The notes under the pieces: generated by a model
The model's database searches: none
The model's input: only the letters and a program-made list of their open reading frames with translations
What the model was told of the DNA's origin: nothing
Origin: a bacterium
Lineage (GTDB): Bacteria > Omnitrophota > Gorgyraeia > Zapsychrales > Zapsychraceae
Length of the DNA: 64,000 bases
Assembly: GCA_030429765.1 (NCBI GenBank)
Contig: JAUIER010000010.1
Span: forward strand, 34,162 to 98,161
Direction: 5' to 3'
Made by a program: the position numbers and the translations under genes
Part shown: positions 48,050 through 57,443 of the stretch, in pieces
Numbering within the stretch: the stretch's first letter is position 1
How the letters are laid out: each line of letters begins with the position of its first letter

Positions 48050-48628
48050 ATGAATAAAGTTATCATGATGTTCGTTGTCATTGGTGTCGGGGCATTTGCC
48101 GGAGTTTCGTCGGCCGATGAATCGATCGACGCTCTGAAGGCGCAGATAGAGGCCCTGCAGCAACGGGTCGATCAGCTGGAACGCGAGCGGGCGCAGTCCC
48201 AGCCGCGCAGCCATCCGGATCAATGGGATCCATTTGCCGAAATGGAGCGGATGCAGGAGGAGATGAACGCGATTTTTGACCGGCGCTCAAACGGATTTCG
48301 ATCACCTTCAACAATTATTAGTCAGCAGATCACGATTCCGGCCAACGATATGGAGTTGATCGAAACAGATACCGGATATGAAATTCACTATGATATTTCC
48401 GGCATGGACGAAAACAAGATCGATATCAAGGTCGGTCAGCATTCGGTGACGTTGACGGGGCAGTACTCAGCGAACACCGAAAATCAAAGTCCGAACGCCT
48501 ATGTTCGCTCGTCGAGTTTTGGATCGTTCACCAAGACAATACCATTACCGACGGACGCGGATACCGCCAAGATGGAAACGCGTCAGGAGGGGACAACCCT
48601 AATATTAACCCTGCCCAGGCGAGGGTAG
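48050..48628 (+). CDS. Hsp20/alpha-crystallin small heat-shock protein
   Basis: RBS GGAGGAAC; alpha-crystallin domain (…YEIHYDISGMDENKIDIKV…). Confidence 0.75.
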   Translation: MNKVIMMFVVIGVGAFAGVSSADESIDALKAQIEALQQRVDQLERERAQSQPRSHPDQWDPFAEMERMQEEMNAIFDRRSNGFRSPSTIISQQITIPANDMELIETDTGYEIHYDISGMDENKIDIKVGQHSVTLTGQYSANTENQSPNAYVRSSSFGSFTKTIPLPTDADTAKMETRQEGTTLILTLPRRG

Positions 48629-48646
48629 AACCATCCGTATACAAGT

Positions 48647-49732
48647 ATGAATCGACGATTTTTTTGGTTAGTCATAATTTGTTCCATTGGCGTGTTGCTG
48701 TGGAATCGGCAAGAGTCGGATTGGGTGCCGGTGCGTAATGTGGAGGCCACACAGCTCAATGCCGAGGAACAGGTCACGGTGAGCATCTTCGAACAGGTCT
48801 CCCCATCGGTGGCGTTTATTAAAAACGCGGCGCTGCAGGTTGACTGGTTTTCAGCGGCCTATTATGAAGTGCCTCGGGGGGCGGGCTCGGGATTTGTGTG
48901 GGATTCCGCTGGACATATCGTGACCAATTTTCATGTAGTGTATCAGGCTCATAAGATTGACGTGGTGCTGTCGGATCATCAGACATACTCAGCACAAGTT
49001 GTGGGTGTGAGCCCTGATCACGATTTGGCGGTACTCAAGATCGACGCGCCGTCAGAGCTTCTTAAGCCGATTCCATTGGGTGTTTCCAAAGAGCTCAAGG
49101 TCGGGCAGCAGGCCCTGTCGATCGGTAATCCGTTTGGACTGGATTATTCGCTAACGACGGGTGTTGTCAGCGCACTGGGGCGATCTATTCAGGCCATGAC
49201 AGGGCGGCGGATCTTTGATGTGATTCAAACTGACGCCGCCATTAATCCCGGCAGTTCGGGCGGTCCTTTGCTCGACTCATCGGGACGTTTGATAGGTGTG
49301 GCAACGGCGATCTACAGCCCGTCCGGCGCGTCTGCGGGCGTGGGATTTGCGATTCCCGTGGATACGGTCAATCGAATTGTGCCGCAATTGATCAAGTACG
49401 GACGTGTTAAGAAGATTGGGCTGGGCATCGTCCTGGCGCCGGATAATGTCGGCGACAGACTGGGTATTGAAGGGGCGTTGATCCTTAAGACCCTGAACAA
49501 TGGTCCGGCCGATATCGCCGGTTTACGGCCGACGCAGCGCAATTACTATGGGCAGATCGCTTTCGGGGACATCATTATCCGGTTAGATGACCGGGATATC
49601 AGGAATAACGAAGATTTATCCGAGTACATTGAGAAGCACAAAAAGGACGGTGATCCGATTGAGATCAAGTTCATGCGTTCCGGTAAAGAATATGGAACTA
49701 CTGCTGTCGTCCGTGATCTAGATGCGTTATAA
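48647..49732 (+). CDS. HtrA/DegP-family serine protease with PDZ domain
   Basis: Trypsin-like core (His in TNFHVV, Asp in DLAVLK, GNSGGPL) and C-terminal PDZ. Confidence 0.85.
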   Translation: MNRRFFWLVIICSIGVLLWNRQESDWVPVRNVEATQLNAEEQVTVSIFEQVSPSVAFIKNAALQVDWFSAAYYEVPRGAGSGFVWDSAGHIVTNFHVVYQAHKIDVVLSDHQTYSAQVVGVSPDHDLAVLKIDAPSELLKPIPLGVSKELKVGQQALSIGNPFGLDYSLTTGVVSALGRSIQAMTGRRIFDVIQTDAAINPGSSGGPLLDSSGRLIGVATAIYSPSGASAGVGFAIPVDTVNRIVPQLIKYGRVKKIGLGIVLAPDNVGDRLGIEGALILKTLNNGPADIAGLRPTQRNYYGQIAFGDIIIRLDDRDIRNNEDLSEYIEKHKKDGDPIEIKFMRSGKEYGTTAVVRDLDAL

Positions 49733-50289
49733 TGGAAGCCATGAAAAATCGTCCGCATCGTCTACAGGCTCTGGTTTTTTGTCTATTTCTGGGTTCATTA
49801 GTTTGTGTTTCAACGGCATTGGCGCAAACAGCCATCAAATCAATCCTTCCTCCGCACAAAAATATCGAATTATTTTACAATCAATTCAGTCGTGACACGA
49901 TGTATCTGGTCGACGATTTTTATGATCCGGATGTTCAATTTGCCGATCCGATTGTACAATTGACCGATCGTGAACAATTACGGACTTATTACCAGGACAT
50001 GTACGACAATGTCAAAGATATCGAATTCAAGTTTGACCGCGAGATTGTTCAGGGTGATGAGCATATTGTTTTCTGGACGATGACGATGACAACCAAGCGC
50101 CTGAACAAGGGGCGGCCAATTGTGGTGGAGGGGGTTTCGCACATCCGATTTGGCGGCGGCCAGGGCAAGGCCGTTTACCATCGGGATTATTTTGATGTCG
50201 GCGAGATGGTCTATGAGCACGCACCAATCGTCGGGCGTCTGACAAGATATGTGAAAAACAAGCTGAAAGGCGAATTCAAGGACAAATAG
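49732..50289 (+). CDS. secreted SnoaL/NTF2-like fold protein
   Basis: Signal peptide; ~150-aa cone-shaped alpha+beta pattern; tentative. Confidence 0.4.
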   Translation: MEAMKNRPHRLQALVFCLFLGSLVCVSTALAQTAIKSILPPHKNIELFYNQFSRDTMYLVDDFYDPDVQFADPIVQLTDREQLRTYYQDMYDNVKDIEFKFDREIVQGDEHIVFWTMTMTTKRLNKGRPIVVEGVSHIRFGGGQGKAVYHRDYFDVGEMVYEHAPIVGRLTRYVKNKLKGEFKDK

Positions 50290-50291
50290 GT

Positions 50292-51449
50292 ATGGAGATC
50301 ATTTCGAATACATCCAAATCCAAGAATATGGGAAAATTGATCGATGAGCTTACGGTAGATTGCAACGGCACGTATAATATGGGCGTTTTGTTTATCGCGT
50401 CGATTGCCAAAGAACACATCCAGATGATTATCAACAATATTCGTCAGCGGGTCGATATCCGGAATTTTATGGCGTGCACATGCGCCGGTATCATCGGCAG
50501 TCATATGGAGTTGGAAGGTGAGGTCGGCGCGAGCCTGTTTTTGGCCAATATGCCCAAGACTGAGGTTAGTCCGTTTTACATCAGTCAAGATGAGCTCGAG
50601 GCCATGCAGACACCGCAGCATTTTTATGAAAAGCTCGGCGTTAAGCCCGACCAGAAGCCCGTATTTCTGGTTTTACCGGATCCTTTCCAGGTGGACCTGA
50701 ACAGGTTTATGGACGGTATGAACACCGCCTATAAATCAGCGCCGATCGTGGGCGGTCTGGCCAGCGGGTCGGCCCGGGCGGAAGGTAACACGCTGTATCA
50801 GAATGGAAATACCTATCATCAGGGAATTATCGGCTTCACCTTGACGGGTGACATTACGGTCGATACCATTGTGTCGCAGGGGTGCCGTCCCGTCGGAGAG
50901 ACATATATCGTGACCAGGGCGCAGGACAATGTGATTCACGAAGTGGCGGGAAAACCAGTGCTGGAGGTGATCAAGTCGGTCTTTCAGGGATTACCTGAAC
51001 ATGATCGTCTGATGGCGCAGCAGGCCCTGCTGATCGGCGTGGTTATGGATGAATACAAACATCCGCTCAAACGTGGAGACTTTCTAATTCGGTCTGTCAT
51101 CGGGATCGATCAGTCGGCGGGATCCATTGTGATCGGCGACAGCATCAGGACCGGGCAGACCATCCAGCTCCATGTGCGGGATGCCAAAGCGGCCGAGGAG
51201 GATTTAAACGCCCTGCTGGAAATTTATAAAGAGGAGAACGAAGGGGTTTCACCTCAGGGGGCCTTTGTCTTTTCGTGTAACGGTCGCGGGACCGGACTCT
51301 TTCAGGAGCCGAACCACGATATTAAAATTATTCAGAAACATCTGGGGCCGATTCCTGCAGCCGGATTTTTTTGTTCCGGTGAAATTGGTCCGATTGGCGG
51401 GACAAATTTTATTCATGGGTTTACCGACAGTATTGTCGTGTTCTCGTAA
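50292..51449 (+). CDS. FIST-domain sensor protein (FIST_N + FIST_C)
   Basis: C-terminal GFFCSGEIGPIGG hallmark of FIST_C. Confidence 0.6.
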   Translation: MEIISNTSKSKNMGKLIDELTVDCNGTYNMGVLFIASIAKEHIQMIINNIRQRVDIRNFMACTCAGIIGSHMELEGEVGASLFLANMPKTEVSPFYISQDELEAMQTPQHFYEKLGVKPDQKPVFLVLPDPFQVDLNRFMDGMNTAYKSAPIVGGLASGSARAEGNTLYQNGNTYHQGIIGFTLTGDITVDTIVSQGCRPVGETYIVTRAQDNVIHEVAGKPVLEVIKSVFQGLPEHDRLMAQQALLIGVVMDEYKHPLKRGDFLIRSVIGIDQSAGSIVIGDSIRTGQTIQLHVRDAKAAEEDLNALLEIYKEENEGVSPQGAFVFSCNGRGTGLFQEPNHDIKIIQKHLGPIPAAGFFCSGEIGPIGGTNFIHGFTDSIVVFS

Positions 51450-51544
51450 GAAATTTTCTTCTATATCCGTTCGGATGGAAATCTTTTAGGCTATTCACGT
51501 CGGGAGATTTCAATATAAAAACAGCCTAATGTGAAGGAGTTGAT

Positions 51545-52537
51545 ATGCGTAAGTCATTTTGGGGCATCTTTCTGCTCAATATTTTTGTGGTGTCTTTTAT
51601 GCTGGCGTCTTACGTCAGCGGTCAGCAGGAGGCCGAGCCGGTTAAAGAGTCGATCATTCAGATGAAGAAAGTTGATCCGCCGCAAAGTCTCGAGGAGGTG
51701 GCCGTGCAGCAGGTGGAGACGGCCAAGAAGCTGATTGACACGGTGATCGAATTTTTTGTCAAATACAGTTTTCAAGTCATCGGCGGTTTTATCGTCCTGC
51801 TGTTGGGATATTTTATCGGCGGTTTTATATCCCGCAAGCTGTTTCAATTCTGTCAGAAAAAGAATTTTGATGTCACGGTTTCCAAGTTTATCGCCGATTG
51901 TATCAAACTGCTGATTATCCTTTTCGCCGTCATTGTGGCGTTGGGCAAATTCGGGATCGAAGTGGCGCCGCTGATCGCCGCATTAAGTGTCGCCGGTTTT
52001 GGTTTGAGTTTCGCGCTGCAGGGGCCGCTGGCTAACTATGCCGCAGGCTTGTCGCTGATCTTCGCCAAGCCGTTTAAGGTGGGAGATATTATCGAAGTGG
52101 CGGACCGGACCGGTGAGGTCCTGGAGATCAAACTGCCCCGGACTGAGATCCGCACGGTCGATGGGGTAAAAGTTTTGATTCCCAATAGTTCCATTGTCGG
52201 CGAGATCATTCACAACTGTTCGAAGTTCAAGCGTGTGGATCTGGACGTCGGGGTGGCCTATGATGCCGATGTGGACCGGGCGATTGAATTGGTTCGTGAA
52301 ACCATTAAGTCTGATAAGCGTGTGGAATCCAGTAAAGAGCCGTGCATCGGGATCAAGGGCTTTGGTGATTCGAGTGTGGATATTCACGCGCGTTTCTGGT
52401 GCCGGCAAACCGAGTATTGGAGTGTTTTTTACGATCTCAACAAGCGGATTTTTGATGCCTTTAAGCAGAATAACATTGAAATTCCGTTTCCGCAGCGCGA
52501 TGTGCATTTGTTCAAGGTTGATGAAACCAACGGTTAG
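51545..52537 (+). CDS. mscS: MscS-family mechanosensitive channel
   Basis: RBS GAAGGAG; 3 TM + conserved pore helix (…AALSVAGFGLSFALQGPLANYAAGL…) and beta-domain. Confidence 0.8.
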   Translation: MRKSFWGIFLLNIFVVSFMLASYVSGQQEAEPVKESIIQMKKVDPPQSLEEVAVQQVETAKKLIDTVIEFFVKYSFQVIGGFIVLLLGYFIGGFISRKLFQFCQKKNFDVTVSKFIADCIKLLIILFAVIVALGKFGIEVAPLIAALSVAGFGLSFALQGPLANYAAGLSLIFAKPFKVGDIIEVADRTGEVLEIKLPRTEIRTVDGVKVLIPNSSIVGEIIHNCSKFKRVDLDVGVAYDADVDRAIELVRETIKSDKRVESSKEPCIGIKGFGDSSVDIHARFWCRQTEYWSVFYDLNKRIFDAFKQNNIEIPFPQRDVHLFKVDETNG

Positions 52538-52777
52538 GTGATGGTTGATCCGATCCGCAATCTTGGTCCGGTTTCCCGTGAATGGATGCGGGCGGTGGAT
52601 GTAAACACGCTGGCCGATCTTAAAAGATTAGGATCGGTCAAAGTTTATAAACTCATCAAAAACAAAGGCTTACCAGTCTCATTAAATCTGCTTTATGCGC
52701 TTGAGGGGGCAATTCGGGATGTTCCCTGGCATAGCTTGCCGCCGGATACCCGGGAGTCTCTCAAGGCTAGCCGTTAG
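52538..52777 (+). CDS. TfoX/Sxy C-terminal-domain (TfoX_C) small protein
   Basis: LGPVSREWMRAVDVNTLADLKRLGSVKVYKLIKNKGLPVSLNLLYALEGA matches TfoX_C HhH pattern. Confidence 0.55.
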   Translation: MMVDPIRNLGPVSREWMRAVDVNTLADLKRLGSVKVYKLIKNKGLPVSLNLLYALEGAIRDVPWHSLPPDTRESLKASR

Positions 52778-52779
52778 TT

Positions 52780-53145
52780 TTGAGCCGTTCTATGTGGTAT
52801 ACTTGCCGCATGATCCGTCTTAAGATATCCATTCGCAACATTGTTAATGTCCTTTTGGTATTCGTGGGAACGATTTTCTTTCTGTATTCCTACATGCTCA
52901 ATATCCTGCCCGTAATTGATCTGGGCTATCTGTCGCTCAAAGAGATTTACGTGTTGAACTTGATCCTGCTGCTGATTATCGCGGTTTGCGTGGTTGTCAT
53001 GGTGAAAAACCGAACCATGGTCTATCGAGGTAAAGCCCTGGGAATTCGATCGACCGCCTACTGTGTGATTGTCAACGCCCTCAAGATTGTCTTCTGCGTG
53101 GGTTTATCCTACTGTTTCTTTTACTATTCCATTACCTTCGGTTAG
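52780..53145 (+). CDS. small polytopic membrane protein
   Basis: 3-4 hydrophobic helices; no family. Confidence 0.35.
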   Translation: MSRSMWYTCRMIRLKISIRNIVNVLLVFVGTIFFLYSYMLNILPVIDLGYLSLKEIYVLNLILLLIIAVCVVVMVKNRTMVYRGKALGIRSTAYCVIVNALKIVFCVGLSYCFFYYSITFG

Positions 53146-53208
53146 AATCGTGAAATTTTCTTGGCATCCCCTCGAGGAGTGATATACTGATGTATAAGGG
53201 AGGGAGCC

Positions 53209-53427
53209 ATGAAAGAAGAAAATCAAAAAGATCTGGAGAATCTTTCCAAAACGGCGTATCGAAGCGGCGTTTTGCCGATATTTCTGGGAGTCCTTGTGCT
53301 TTTTATTGGTGTCATCAATAAAGACATGTTTGAAGGCGCCGCCGGACTGTTTATCTTTATCGTCGGCTATTCTTTTGTAAAAATCTCGTCGAAGATCAAT
53401 ACGATCATTCAACGGGAAAACGCATAG
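53209..53427 (+). CDS. small two-TM membrane protein
   Basis: RBS GGGAGGGAG; 72 aa. Confidence 0.35.
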   Translation: MKEENQKDLENLSKTAYRSGVLPIFLGVLVLFIGVINKDMFEGAAGLFIFIVGYSFVKISSKINTIIQRENA

Positions 53428-53512
53428 GCTATTTATCAAAATATCTATTCGGAGCGTACCATTTGATGATATAATGGTCGCATTCTGATTAAAAAAAATC
53501 GATCTACACGCT

Positions 53513-54118
53513 ATGAAATTCAGATCCACATTATTCATTCTCTTTCTTTGTCTGGGATTAACGTTTTCCGTTGTTCCCGAAAGTTTTGCCGAAACTGTCT
53601 GGCAGATTGCCCCCAGCCGCTCAAAGATCGCGTTTAAAGTCCGTCACTTGGTTTTTCTGGAGGTGGAAGGACGCTTTAAACAATTTCAAGGTCAAGTGGT
53701 GGCTGATCAAATGAACCTGGCCAACTCCAAGATGCGGATGAGCATTGACGTTGACAGTATTTACACCGGGATTGATGATCGAGACAAACATCTGATCAGC
53801 GCCGATTTTTTTGATTCAAAGAAATTTCCCGAGATCACCTTCACCAGTCAGTCTGTCGAAGAGCTCAAAGACGGCTCCGGCAACTATAAGATTGTGGGTG
53901 AATTGACGATGCGGGGCGTTACACGTCCGATCGAACTGATCGCCGAACGGAAAAAGGTCAAGACTTTGCCGAATGGTAAAACACGCATGGATTTGGTGGC
54001 GACCGGCACCGTGAACCGTTTCGATTACCAGCTCGAGTGGAACGAGGTGGTCGAGACCGGCAAGGCCATTGTTGGTGATATCGTTGACCTCAACCTGAAG
54101 ATTGCCCTCCTGAACTAA
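53513..54118 (+). CDS. YceI-family periplasmic protein
   Basis: Signal peptide; YceI beta-barrel blocks (IDVDSIYTGIDDRDKHL, GELTMRGVTRPI). Confidence 0.75.
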   Translation: MKFRSTLFILFLCLGLTFSVVPESFAETVWQIAPSRSKIAFKVRHLVFLEVEGRFKQFQGQVVADQMNLANSKMRMSIDVDSIYTGIDDRDKHLISADFFDSKKFPEITFTSQSVEELKDGSGNYKIVGELTMRGVTRPIELIAERKKVKTLPNGKTRMDLVATGTVNRFDYQLEWNEVVETGKAIVGDIVDLNLKIALLN

Positions 54119-54145
54119 TCCTTCCCATAAAAATCGTGTTTACGA

Positions 54146-54174
54146 TTGACATTCAATTTTTCATTGCTGATAAT
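54146..54174 (+). promoter_or_regulatory. putative sigma70 promoter for cytochrome/OMP operon (TTGACA-17-GATAAT)
   Basis: -35 54146-54151; -10 54169-54174. Confidence 0.4.
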
Positions 54175-54226
54175 GGAGTATAGTGTTTATTTAACTCTTT
54201 TATTTTCATAGACTACGAGAAATATT

Positions 54227-56017
54227 ATGAAATACCTCTGCGGATCCGGACGTCCGGAATTTTTGGGGCTGTTGGGTCTGTTGTTTGTCGGGCTGTTTTG
54301 GGGGCCAACTACCGTACAAGCGCAGCAACCGGATATTCACGAAAAACTGTTCGAGGAAACCGAATACCCCTCGGCGATTCTCTGCAAAACCTGCCATCCT
54401 GTTCACTACAAAGAATGGTCGGTCTCACCGCATTCTTATGCCGTCGTTAGTCCTGTCAATAATGCCATGCAGGCCAAAATTACCCAATTAACAAACGGTA
54501 CCAATGCCGATTTTTGTATTCGCTGTCATACACCGGTGGGTATGCATCTGAATGAACCGGTCTATATGTCAAGTCTCGATCGGCATCCGACATCGCGCGA
54601 AGGAATTACCTGTACGGTGTGTCACCGTCGGCCGATTGGGTACGGCAAGGTCAGCGGGCGACTGCCGGTCAAGAGTGGTGATATTTTCGATCCTGTGTAC
54701 GGACCGAATGACAACAAAGAGTTGCAGCGGGTCATCAACAGCGGTGAGTTTGACGTCAATGCCGAGCGCGGTCAGGAAGGACGAGCGATTCATCAAGATG
54801 CCTATCAAATGCCCCAGATCACCACGTCCGCGTTTTGCTCCAGTTGTCATGATGTGAATCATTTTATGGGATTTCGATTGGAGGAGGCATCCAGCGAGTA
54901 CAAGGCATCACCGGCGGCCAGGCGTGGCATTTCATGTCAGGATTGCCACATGGGTAAAGAGCCCGGTGTTCCGTCAGGCTATCATCTTGAACCTATCGCC
55001 GTCGTCGGGGGAAAGACTACTGAGCCCAAAAAACGGACCAATCACATGTTTGTTGGGCCGGATTATTCCGTGGTCCACCCGGGTATTTTTCCGCACAATC
55101 CTGAAGCGCAGAAGATTGCGTCTTTACGCAAATGGCTGAAGTTTCAATTTGGTGAAGGATGGGGGACGGATGATTTTGAGGACGCGCGTCCGGAAGACTA
55201 TGAGTTTCCGGCGGAGTGGGCCGACGAAGCCGATCGATTTGAAGCCCGGGCTATTCTCGACGAAAATATCGAGCTGCTCAAACACGCGGATGAGGAGCGT
55301 AAAAAATTGCTGCGGGCCGGTTATCATTTGGGTGACATCATTGTCGATAAAGCCGATGGTGAGGGTATCAAGTTTAAGGTTCAGGTTCGAAACGCAACGG
55401 ATGGTCACAATGTCCCGACGGGATTTGACGCCGAACGTCTGGTCTTTCTTCGGGTAACCGTAACGGACCGTGATGGACGAGTGGTCTTCAAATCCGGTGA
55501 TCTGGACCCGAATGGAGATGTTCGGGACAGTCATTCGGTTTATGTTCACAATGGGGATCTACCGGAAGATAAATTTTTGTATTCACTTCAATCCAAGTTT
55601 ATCACCCGAATGGCCAAGGGTGGTGAGCGGGAACAGGTCTTGGCGGTCAACTATTCGGTGTCGCCGTTACCATTTATCCGTCCGCCAAGCAATTCTACGT
55701 TAATGTTGGGGCGTCCATTTGGAGCGCGCAAACATCGGAAAACGATTCGACCGTTAGGGCATAATTGGGCGCCTTACAAAGTCAAGGCCAAAGAACTTCG
55801 CGGGTCACAGGGGCCGTATCAGGCAGACGTTAAATTGATCGCGGCCATGGTCCCGGTCAATCTGATTCACGCGATTCAGGATATGGGTTTTGACTATGGT
55901 ATGTCACCGCGGCAAGTCGCTGACGCGATCGTCGACGGGCATCAAGTGCTCTGGGAACGCAAGATTGAGCTGAAGCCCGGCCGCTTTGAATCTGAAATCC
56001 AGAGTGCGGGGTATTAA
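54227..56017 (+). CDS. pentaheme c-type cytochrome with ~350-aa heme-free C-terminal domain
   Basis: Signal peptide; five CxxCH (CKTCH, CIRCH, CTVCH, CSSCH, CQDCH) in first 240 aa. Confidence 0.8.
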   Translation: MKYLCGSGRPEFLGLLGLLFVGLFWGPTTVQAQQPDIHEKLFEETEYPSAILCKTCHPVHYKEWSVSPHSYAVVSPVNNAMQAKITQLTNGTNADFCIRCHTPVGMHLNEPVYMSSLDRHPTSREGITCTVCHRRPIGYGKVSGRLPVKSGDIFDPVYGPNDNKELQRVINSGEFDVNAERGQEGRAIHQDAYQMPQITTSAFCSSCHDVNHFMGFRLEEASSEYKASPAARRGISCQDCHMGKEPGVPSGYHLEPIAVVGGKTTEPKKRTNHMFVGPDYSVVHPGIFPHNPEAQKIASLRKWLKFQFGEGWGTDDFEDARPEDYEFPAEWADEADRFEARAILDENIELLKHADEERKKLLRAGYHLGDIIVDKADGEGIKFKVQVRNATDGHNVPTGFDAERLVFLRVTVTDRDGRVVFKSGDLDPNGDVRDSHSVYVHNGDLPEDKFLYSLQSKFITRMAKGGEREQVLAVNYSVSPLPFIRPPSNSTLMLGRPFGARKHRKTIRPLGHNWAPYKVKAKELRGSQGPYQADVKLIAAMVPVNLIHAIQDMGFDYGMSPRQVADAIVDGHQVLWERKIELKPGRFESEIQSAGY

Positions 56018-56018
56018 A

Positions 56019-57443
56019 ATGAAGACGAAGATACTCATTCTCGGAGTCGTACTGATGGCGGGCGCTCCTGTTATCGCCGACGCCGCGAAGGGTGTTCAGG
56101 TCGATACAGACCGCAGTCGGTTGACAGATCGAGTTTTGGATTTGCAGTTGGATAAGGTTCCAGATCGACCCAAACCGATATTGGAATTAGGTGATCCATT
56201 TCTCGGGGTGGGCCCGATTCATCCAGGATACAAACTGCCGACGGGGATGGTGCTGCAACCTTCGCTGATTGTGTACGGAACATACCGGACGGCCTTGCAG
56301 GGGTTTTACAACGGGAGCGACCATGTCACGGAGTGGGCGAACCGATTTGATCTGTTTGGAAATCTGTACTTAACGCCTAATGAACGCATTTTGGCCGGTG
56401 TCCGCTTTCTCAATCAGAACGGACGCTTTACCGGTTATACCTTTAGGGCCCCGTCTTCTGTGCGGCCCGAAGGTCGGCGCGGCGTCGAAGATGAACTCAA
56501 TTTTGATATCACAACGTTATTCTTTGAAGGTGATTTCGATGAGATCTTTCCGTTTCTGGACCCGCGCGACAAATACAGTCTGGACTACTACTTGTCGATC
56601 GGACGGCAGCCGTTGCTTTTTCAGGAAGGGATGTTGATCAATGACAGTATCGACGCGGTAGGGATCTCCAAGCTCAATATGAAACCGCCGTTTATGGTGA
56701 ATATGCGCAGCGCCTTCATCTGGGGAGCGGACCAGATCAATCGTCAGAATTTAGCGTCCGACGACGAAAGCTCGCGTTTATACGGCCTGTTCAATGAGAT
56801 AGATTTCCGCGCGACGACGATGGAGTTGGACGTGGTTTACGTGGACGCCAATGATTCAATCGGTTCGGGGATTTATGCCGGCCTCGGATTGACGCAACGG
56901 CTGGGGCGACTCAACTCAACCGTCCGGGTGTTAGGATCGGCATCGATCGATCATGAAACGATGCATAACAGCGACGGGATGCTGTTTTACAACGCGCTTT
57001 CAGTGACACCGCATGCCACTAACGACCTCGTTTATCTCAACTCCTTTTATGCGATGGATCACTTCCGTTCGGCCTCGCGGGATCCATACAATCCGGGAAC
57101 CCTATCGCCGACGGGGATTTTATTTGAGGCGGTGGGACTCGGCCGTTTCAATTCCCCCTTGAGCAATGCCACCGATGATGCCTTCGGGATGGCCTTGGGA
57201 TATCAAATGTTTTCTTCGGACAAGCGCCGGCAGCTTATTCTCGAAATTGCCGGACGCTATGCCAATGATGAAGGTCAGCGGGCGATGGGGCCGGGCGCCC
57301 GGTTTCAGGCCGCCATCGGGCGCCGTACTGTTTTTCGCCTGGACGGGTATGCGGTATACGACGAAGGCCGTCAAATCAATCAGCCCGTCCCCGACGACGA
57401 TTTCACCTACGGCATGCGTGCCGAACTCCAGGTTAATTTTTAA
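56019..57443 (+). CDS. outer-membrane beta-barrel protein (porin-like), C-terminal Phe
   Basis: Signal peptide; alternating amphipathic beta-strand pattern; terminal …AELQVNF; ATG 2 nt after cytochrome stop. Confidence 0.6.
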   Translation: MKTKILILGVVLMAGAPVIADAAKGVQVDTDRSRLTDRVLDLQLDKVPDRPKPILELGDPFLGVGPIHPGYKLPTGMVLQPSLIVYGTYRTALQGFYNGSDHVTEWANRFDLFGNLYLTPNERILAGVRFLNQNGRFTGYTFRAPSSVRPEGRRGVEDELNFDITTLFFEGDFDEIFPFLDPRDKYSLDYYLSIGRQPLLFQEGMLINDSIDAVGISKLNMKPPFMVNMRSAFIWGADQINRQNLASDDESSRLYGLFNEIDFRATTMELDVVYVDANDSIGSGIYAGLGLTQRLGRLNSTVRVLGSASIDHETMHNSDGMLFYNALSVTPHATNDLVYLNSFYAMDHFRSASRDPYNPGTLSPTGILFEAVGLGRFNSPLSNATDDAFGMALGYQMFSSDKRRQLILEIAGRYANDEGQRAMGPGARFQAAIGRRTVFRLDGYAVYDEGRQINQPVPDDDFTYGMRAELQVNF

